From a virus: a DNA stretch of 64,000 nucleotides. How positions within the stretch are numbered: the stretch's first letter is position 1; the number at the start of each line of letters is the position of its first letter. The position numbers and the translations under genes are program-made. Shown in pieces: positions 59,603 through 64,000 of the stretch. Below the pieces are notes generated by a model. It searched no databases. It was given only the letters and a program-made list of their open reading frames with translations, and had not been told where the DNA came from. Location of the stretch: positions 1-64,000 of the IMG/VR virus record IMGVR_UViG_3300022839_000007, one strand, 5' to 3'.

Positions 59603-60487
59603 ATGGCAGTTGGCGAAATCATATCTGTTGCACGATACAATGCGATGCAAATAAAAATTAAGAATGTATTAGCCGGTATAGGTACAACTGGGCAGTTTGG
59701 ATACGGACAAGATCCTATACTAAGCAGCCCAGTTAGTAATTCAACTACGGTAAATGCAGTTCATATGCAGCAACTTAATACTGATTTAATTAAAGCTTAT
59801 GTACATCAAACAGGGTCAGATCCTGGATTGCCTAATGTTGTAACAGACAACGAAATTACCAATGCAGTATATAACAGTTATGAAACAATTGTAAATTCTA
59901 CTTATAATAATAGAAATATTATATTTGAAAGCACCCAGGCTAGTGTAGAAGCTAAGTTAAATAGTCAACGTACTAGTTCGTGGGGCGGAAATTTACAACC
60001 CCAGACTGTTACACACGAATTTTCATTAACATTTAATAATGCAAATGATCGCAGATATTTTTTTAATGCAGGCAGCGAAATAAGATTTTCCGCAAGCTTA
60101 ACTAGTAGCAGCGGCGCCAAATATAACGACTGGAAAAACATGTTAACTGCCTTAGGCACAGTTAAGTTTAATTACGATACTACAACCGGAAATAGCGGTA
60201 CATCTCCTAACGGAATTGGAAACTTTGAATTAACAACAACTTATCAAGTAATATGGATTAAATCCGGGAGTGGAGTATACAGCAATAACGACTTAATTGC
60301 TTATGCAAAAACAAATACACTCGGTAATGTTATAATGTTTAAGATAGCGTTCAATGACGGCAGTATCGGCGGCGCCGACGAGCCAGTAACTGGTAATTTA
60401 ACTAGCATTATTACTCAATTACGTGCAACCGGAGTATATGTCGAAGTACTTACTCCTGTCTATCAGAATATTACAGATTTGGCTTGA
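59603..60487 (+). CDS. Virion structural protein, paralog 1
   Basis: YFFNAGSEIRFSA..NDWKNMLTALGTVKFN shared with the next gene. Confidence 0.7.
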   Translation: MAVGEIISVARYNAMQIKIKNVLAGIGTTGQFGYGQDPILSSPVSNSTTVNAVHMQQLNTDLIKAYVHQTGSDPGLPNVVTDNEITNAVYNSYETIVNSTYNNRNIIFESTQASVEAKLNSQRTSSWGGNLQPQTVTHEFSLTFNNANDRRYFFNAGSEIRFSASLTSSSGAKYNDWKNMLTALGTVKFNYDTTTGNSGTSPNGIGNFELTTTYQVIWIKSGSGVYSNNDLIAYAKTNTLGNVIMFKIAFNDGSIGGADEPVTGNLTSIITQLRATGVYVEVLTPVYQNITDLA

Positions 60488-60512
60488 CATCTGCTTGTAT
60501 ATTTGTTATAAT
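60484..60512 (+). promoter_or_regulatory. Consensus sigma70 promoter with extended -10
   Basis: TTGACA(60484-89)-17 bp-TATAAT(60507-12), with TG at 60504-05. Confidence 0.85.
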
Positions 60513-60535
60513 AAAGATCATGTAGGAGTAAACAA

Positions 60536-61552
60536 ATGGTAAATGTATCGGGTAACATATTTGCCAGTGATTATAACAGTATTAGATCCACAGTTGATCA
60601 AATTTTAAATGCGCAATGGGGACAACCATTGGTTAGCAACACTGTAATTGCTAGTGTAAACACGGTCTCTGCGCAACAATTGCAAGATTTATATATTGAT
60701 TTACAAATAGTACATGTACATCAAAACGGAACACTTAATGAATTAGTCGCAGTTCCGCAAACTGGATTTCGTATCGGTGCCGACACAGTAGTTGATTATA
60801 ATGATGTAACTGGTGCAACAACCGCAGTTACTGGTGGCAACCAAATGGGAGTCAACGATTACTCGGACGCGGCATCAACGATTTCAAATTTTAATCCCGA
60901 ACTCACAGGGTTTCCAGTTGCAAATTTGCTTCCTACAGGGTCAACTACTAGCCAACGTACTACTACATGGGGCGGAGCAGGACAAGTACAACAACTTTAT
61001 CATGTAGTAACAATAACCTTTGCATCGGGCGAGCAGGCGGATTATTTCTTCAACGCCGGTGGCGAGTTAAGAGTTTCTGCTAATGTTGTTGACGGCAGCG
61101 GTGCAAAAACAAACGATTGGCGCAACTTGTTAACTGCTTTAGGTACGGTTAAGTTTAATAAATTCAATACCACCGGTGACAGCGGAGTTGGCACTTCCGT
61201 TGGATATGCTAACCTAACCGGAGTGTACCAACAATTATTTCTTAAAGTTGGAAGCGGAGTTTATGCCGATAATGATTATAAAATTGAAGGTCAAAAAGCG
61301 TCGCCTACTGTATTAAGATTTAGAATTACGTTCAACGACGGCGATACTGGTCAGACAGGAGGTACCGCTCCTTTGTTTATTAACAACCCAATTGACGAGC
61401 AAGTTAACGGAACTTTAACTAGTAATATTCAATCTGCCCGCCCGGCTAGTAATTTTACATACAATTCACAGTCTTACGGAGTTGATCTAGATTCTCCGGT
61501 AATTTCTAATATTGCCACAGTTGATGTAAACTACGGCGCTGTTCCGAGTTAA
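60536..61552 (+). CDS. Virion structural-type protein, paralog 2
   Basis: YFFNAGGELRVSA..NDWRNLLTALGTVKFN; AGGAG Shine-Dalgarno. Confidence 0.7.
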   Translation: MVNVSGNIFASDYNSIRSTVDQILNAQWGQPLVSNTVIASVNTVSAQQLQDLYIDLQIVHVHQNGTLNELVAVPQTGFRIGADTVVDYNDVTGATTAVTGGNQMGVNDYSDAASTISNFNPELTGFPVANLLPTGSTTSQRTTTWGGAGQVQQLYHVVTITFASGEQADYFFNAGGELRVSANVVDGSGAKTNDWRNLLTALGTVKFNKFNTTGDSGVGTSVGYANLTGVYQQLFLKVGSGVYADNDYKIEGQKASPTVLRFRITFNDGDTGQTGGTAPLFINNPIDEQVNGTLTSNIQSARPASNFTYNSQSYGVDLDSPVISNIATVDVNYGAVPS

Positions 61553-61555
61553 CAC

Positions 61556-61584
61556 TTGACAATATTAAAATAATATTATATACT
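61556..61584 (+). promoter_or_regulatory. Sigma70 promoter of the glycosyltransferase operon
   Basis: TTGACA(61556-61)-17 bp-TATACT(61579-84). Confidence 0.75.
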
Positions 61585-61606
61585 TTGAATAGAGTAGGAG
61601 TATTAG

Positions 61607-61954
61607 ATGGACGAACGTTTAGAAAAAGCATTAGAGTTTAGTAATTATATGATTACGTTAAGTAATCAAAAACGAATACTCGGTGAACAATTTAATGAAA
61701 ATGTAATATATTATTTTAACGGTGGCGAATTCACAGCATCTCCTGAACTTATGAGTTTTTGTCAATGCCTGTTATTTCGTTCTCAAACAGATACAATCCT
61801 AATTGATAATAACGGATTGCCTGTTGAAATTGAAAATTTACAATTATTCTCTGATAACATCGCTAGCATATATTACACAGCATCAAATAAATATTTAACT
61901 GAATATAACAAGTTAAAAAAGAATCGAACAGTTAGTGGTATTATAGATTTATGA
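61607..61954 (+). CDS. Hypothetical protein
   Basis: 115 aa; AGGAG Shine-Dalgarno; ATGA overlap with the next gene. Confidence 0.75.
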   Translation: MDERLEKALEFSNYMITLSNQKRILGEQFNENVIYYFNGGEFTASPELMSFCQCLLFRSQTDTILIDNNGLPVEIENLQLFSDNIASIYYTASNKYLTEYNKLKKNRTVSGIIDL

Positions 61955-62781
61955 CTAAAGGCGCGGTGCTAATTGCATGTAATAATGCTCAGATTGACTA
62001 TGTTAAACAAGCTGTATTTTGTGCTCAACGAATTATAAAGTTTTTAAATATACCAGTTACATTAATTACTGATAATATTGCGTATGTCAATACTTCCTAC
62101 CCGGATCATCCATTTGATCAAATAATATTATCATCAGATAATAACTACACTCACAAAAAATACAATGATGGTAATTTTATAAGATGTAATTTAGAGTTTA
62201 AAAATACATCTAGATCGGATGTTTATGATCTAACACCGTACGACGAAACCATTCTGATGGATACCGATTTTTTGTTAGGCAACGATGTTTTTCTAAATTG
62301 CTTTTTACAATCTAGTAATTTTATGATTTATAAGAATGGGGTTGAGTTGTCAGGATGGAGAAACTTACAGGAATTTGAATATATTAGCGATTCCGGTATA
62401 GACTTCTATTGGGCAACCGTTATATTTTTTAGAAAAAATTCTACAAACAAGATCTTCTTTGATTTATTAAAACATATTAAAGAAAATTGGACTCATTATA
62501 AAAGACTATATAGTCTAACTACTAGCACGTTTAGGAATGATCATGCATTTAGTATTGCATTACATATCATGAATAATTATCAACCAGGAAACTTTTCTAA
62601 GTCGCTTCCTGGTAAAATGTTTTACACTACTGATAATGATATTTTAATAGCACTTACGGATAATACGTTTAAATTTCTAATAGAAAATAAAAATTCGCAG
62701 TATTTTCCAGCAAGTATTACGGATAGCAATATCCATATAATGAATAAGTTTAGCCTGAATAGGATTATTGACTGTGGCTAA
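61951..62781 (+). CDS. GT-A fold glycosyltransferase (GT8-like)
   Basis: YDLTPYDETILMDTD contains a DxD motif; FRNDHAFSIA. Confidence 0.75.
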   Translation: MTKGAVLIACNNAQIDYVKQAVFCAQRIIKFLNIPVTLITDNIAYVNTSYPDHPFDQIILSSDNNYTHKKYNDGNFIRCNLEFKNTSRSDVYDLTPYDETILMDTDFLLGNDVFLNCFLQSSNFMIYKNGVELSGWRNLQEFEYISDSGIDFYWATVIFFRKNSTNKIFFDLLKHIKENWTHYKRLYSLTTSTFRNDHAFSIALHIMNNYQPGNFSKSLPGKMFYTTDNDILIALTDNTFKFLIENKNSQYFPASITDSNIHIMNKFSLNRIIDCG

Positions 62782-63619
62782 TTTTACAATGTTAGCACAG
62801 AACAGCAAACATAATTATGTGCAGCAAGCCTACTTATGCGCTCTGAGTATTCGTGCAACTAATCCAAATAGCAAAATATGTTTAATTACCAACGACATTG
62901 TAGATGCAATCACTTCTGCAGTGTTCGACGATATAGTAGCAATTCCATGGAACGATCATGCAGCTAATAGTGAATGGAAAGTAGAAAATAGATGGAAACT
63001 TTATCATGCCACTCCTTACGATCGTACTATAGTACTTGATACCGATATGTTGGTATTAGAAAATATCGAGCATTGGTGGAACTTTTTGCAAACCAAGGAT
63101 ATCTTTTTTACTTCAACTGTATTAACATATAGAAATACTCCAGTAACTAGCACATATTATAGGACTGCATTTGCTGTTCATAATTTACCCAACATATATG
63201 CTGGCTTGTATTATTTTAAAAAGTCAGCCGCGTCTCACAAATTTTTTAAGTGGCTAGAAATTGTAATGAACAATTGGCAATTGTTTTATTACCATTATGC
63301 CGGAGGTAGTCATTTTCAAAAATGGCCAAGTATAGATGTTAGTGCAGCAATTGTAATTAAGATATTGGATATCAAAAATGCAGTTACTAGTAACACATAT
63401 TTTCCTAATTTTGTGCATATGAAAACACATTGTCAAGATTGGAAGGACCAGGTGTCTGATAGATGGCAAGACACTGTTTCCACTTATTTAGATCAAAATC
63501 TAACTTTAAAAATTGGTAATTATACACAACGTGGCATTTTTCATTATACTGAAAAAGATTTTATTACCAATGAACTAATAACCATTTACGAAGATTACAT
63601 AAAGAAACACAATGAATAA
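62768..63619 (+). CDS. GT-A fold glycosyltransferase (GT8-like), paralog
   Basis: YHATPYDRTIVLDTDMLV contains a DxD motif. Confidence 0.75.
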   Translation: MTVANFTMLAQNSKHNYVQQAYLCALSIRATNPNSKICLITNDIVDAITSAVFDDIVAIPWNDHAANSEWKVENRWKLYHATPYDRTIVLDTDMLVLENIEHWWNFLQTKDIFFTSTVLTYRNTPVTSTYYRTAFAVHNLPNIYAGLYYFKKSAASHKFFKWLEIVMNNWQLFYYHYAGGSHFQKWPSIDVSAAIVIKILDIKNAVTSNTYFPNFVHMKTHCQDWKDQVSDRWQDTVSTYLDQNLTLKIGNYTQRGIFHYTEKDFITNELITIYEDYIKKHNE

Positions 63620-64000
63620 TTCAATAATTTATATTACTACACAGCGTTACATATACTTTGACGCTACCGGAAATATACTTAGTGTTTCTAACAATAATAA
63701 TACTCTCGGTAATAATATTAAAGTTGAATTTAACCAGGTCGAATCTCTTATATCGGGCAAAGAACACTTTCATCATTATCGAGTTATATTTGATACTATT
63801 ACCAACACTTATGTTTTATTTAACGTGTGCAACGAAGGCAATTTAATTTTTTCTATTGATTTGGCCATACACAAAATTTCACAAACACTGACCAAAATAC
63901 CCGATTTAATCATCACGCAGGACACTGTCACTCGTGTTTGGAAATTTGAATTAAATAAGGCAATTAGAGAAAATTTTCAAACACTAAATGTCGAACCGTT
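63612..64000 (+). CDS. Hypothetical protein, truncated by the window end
   Basis: ATG at 63612 overlaps the previous gene; the frame is open to base 64000 (MNNSIIYITTQRYIYFDATGNILSVSN...). Confidence 0.7.
   Translation, partial: MNNSIIYITTQRYIYFDATGNILSVSNNNNTLGNNIKVEFNQVESLISGKEHFHHYRVIFDTITNTYVLFNVCNEGNLIFSIDLAIHKISQTLTKIPDLIITQDTVTRVWKFELNKAIRENFQTLNVEP

Noticed and set aside
63658-63846. 62-aa ORF in the track
   Set aside because: Lies out of frame within the longer ATG-initiated ORF starting at 63612.
1-64000. Stop-codon reassignment as seen in some large phages
   Set aside because: Core genes are full length under the standard code and coding density is high.

Overview
A 64-kb, AT-rich segment of a large T4-like myophage genome read in the standard genetic code. 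The left half (mostly minus strand) holds fibre genes and the head module: portal gp20 with a 150-aa mini-intein, an acidic core protein, protease gp21, scaffold gp22 and major capsid gp23. Next come a tape-measure-like gene, a gp26-like chaperone, a stand-alone GIY-YIG nuclease, gp46/gp47 and the late sigma factor gp55. The right half (plus strand) is a long baseplate and tail-fibre operon (gp48/54-, gp53-, gp27-, gp5-, gp25-, gp6-like genes, a 4605-aa gp7-like wedge protein, fibres), followed by glycosyltransferase genes. Two paralogous Hef-type endonuclease genes lie antisense to their neighbours. The most notable unexplained signals are: (1) a ~400-550 nt GC-enriched, highly structured non-coding element directly downstream of the GIY-YIG gene, which could be a nuclease-associated ncRNA or an RNA-primed origin; (2) a textbook -1 ribosomal frameshift signal fusing the gp26-like chaperone to an unannotated start-less ORF; (3) the sigma70 promoter of gp55 placed back-to-back with a gp55-type late promoter; (4) a structured leader upstream of the 134-aa gene. 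Family assignments come from motif recognition only; no database searches were run.
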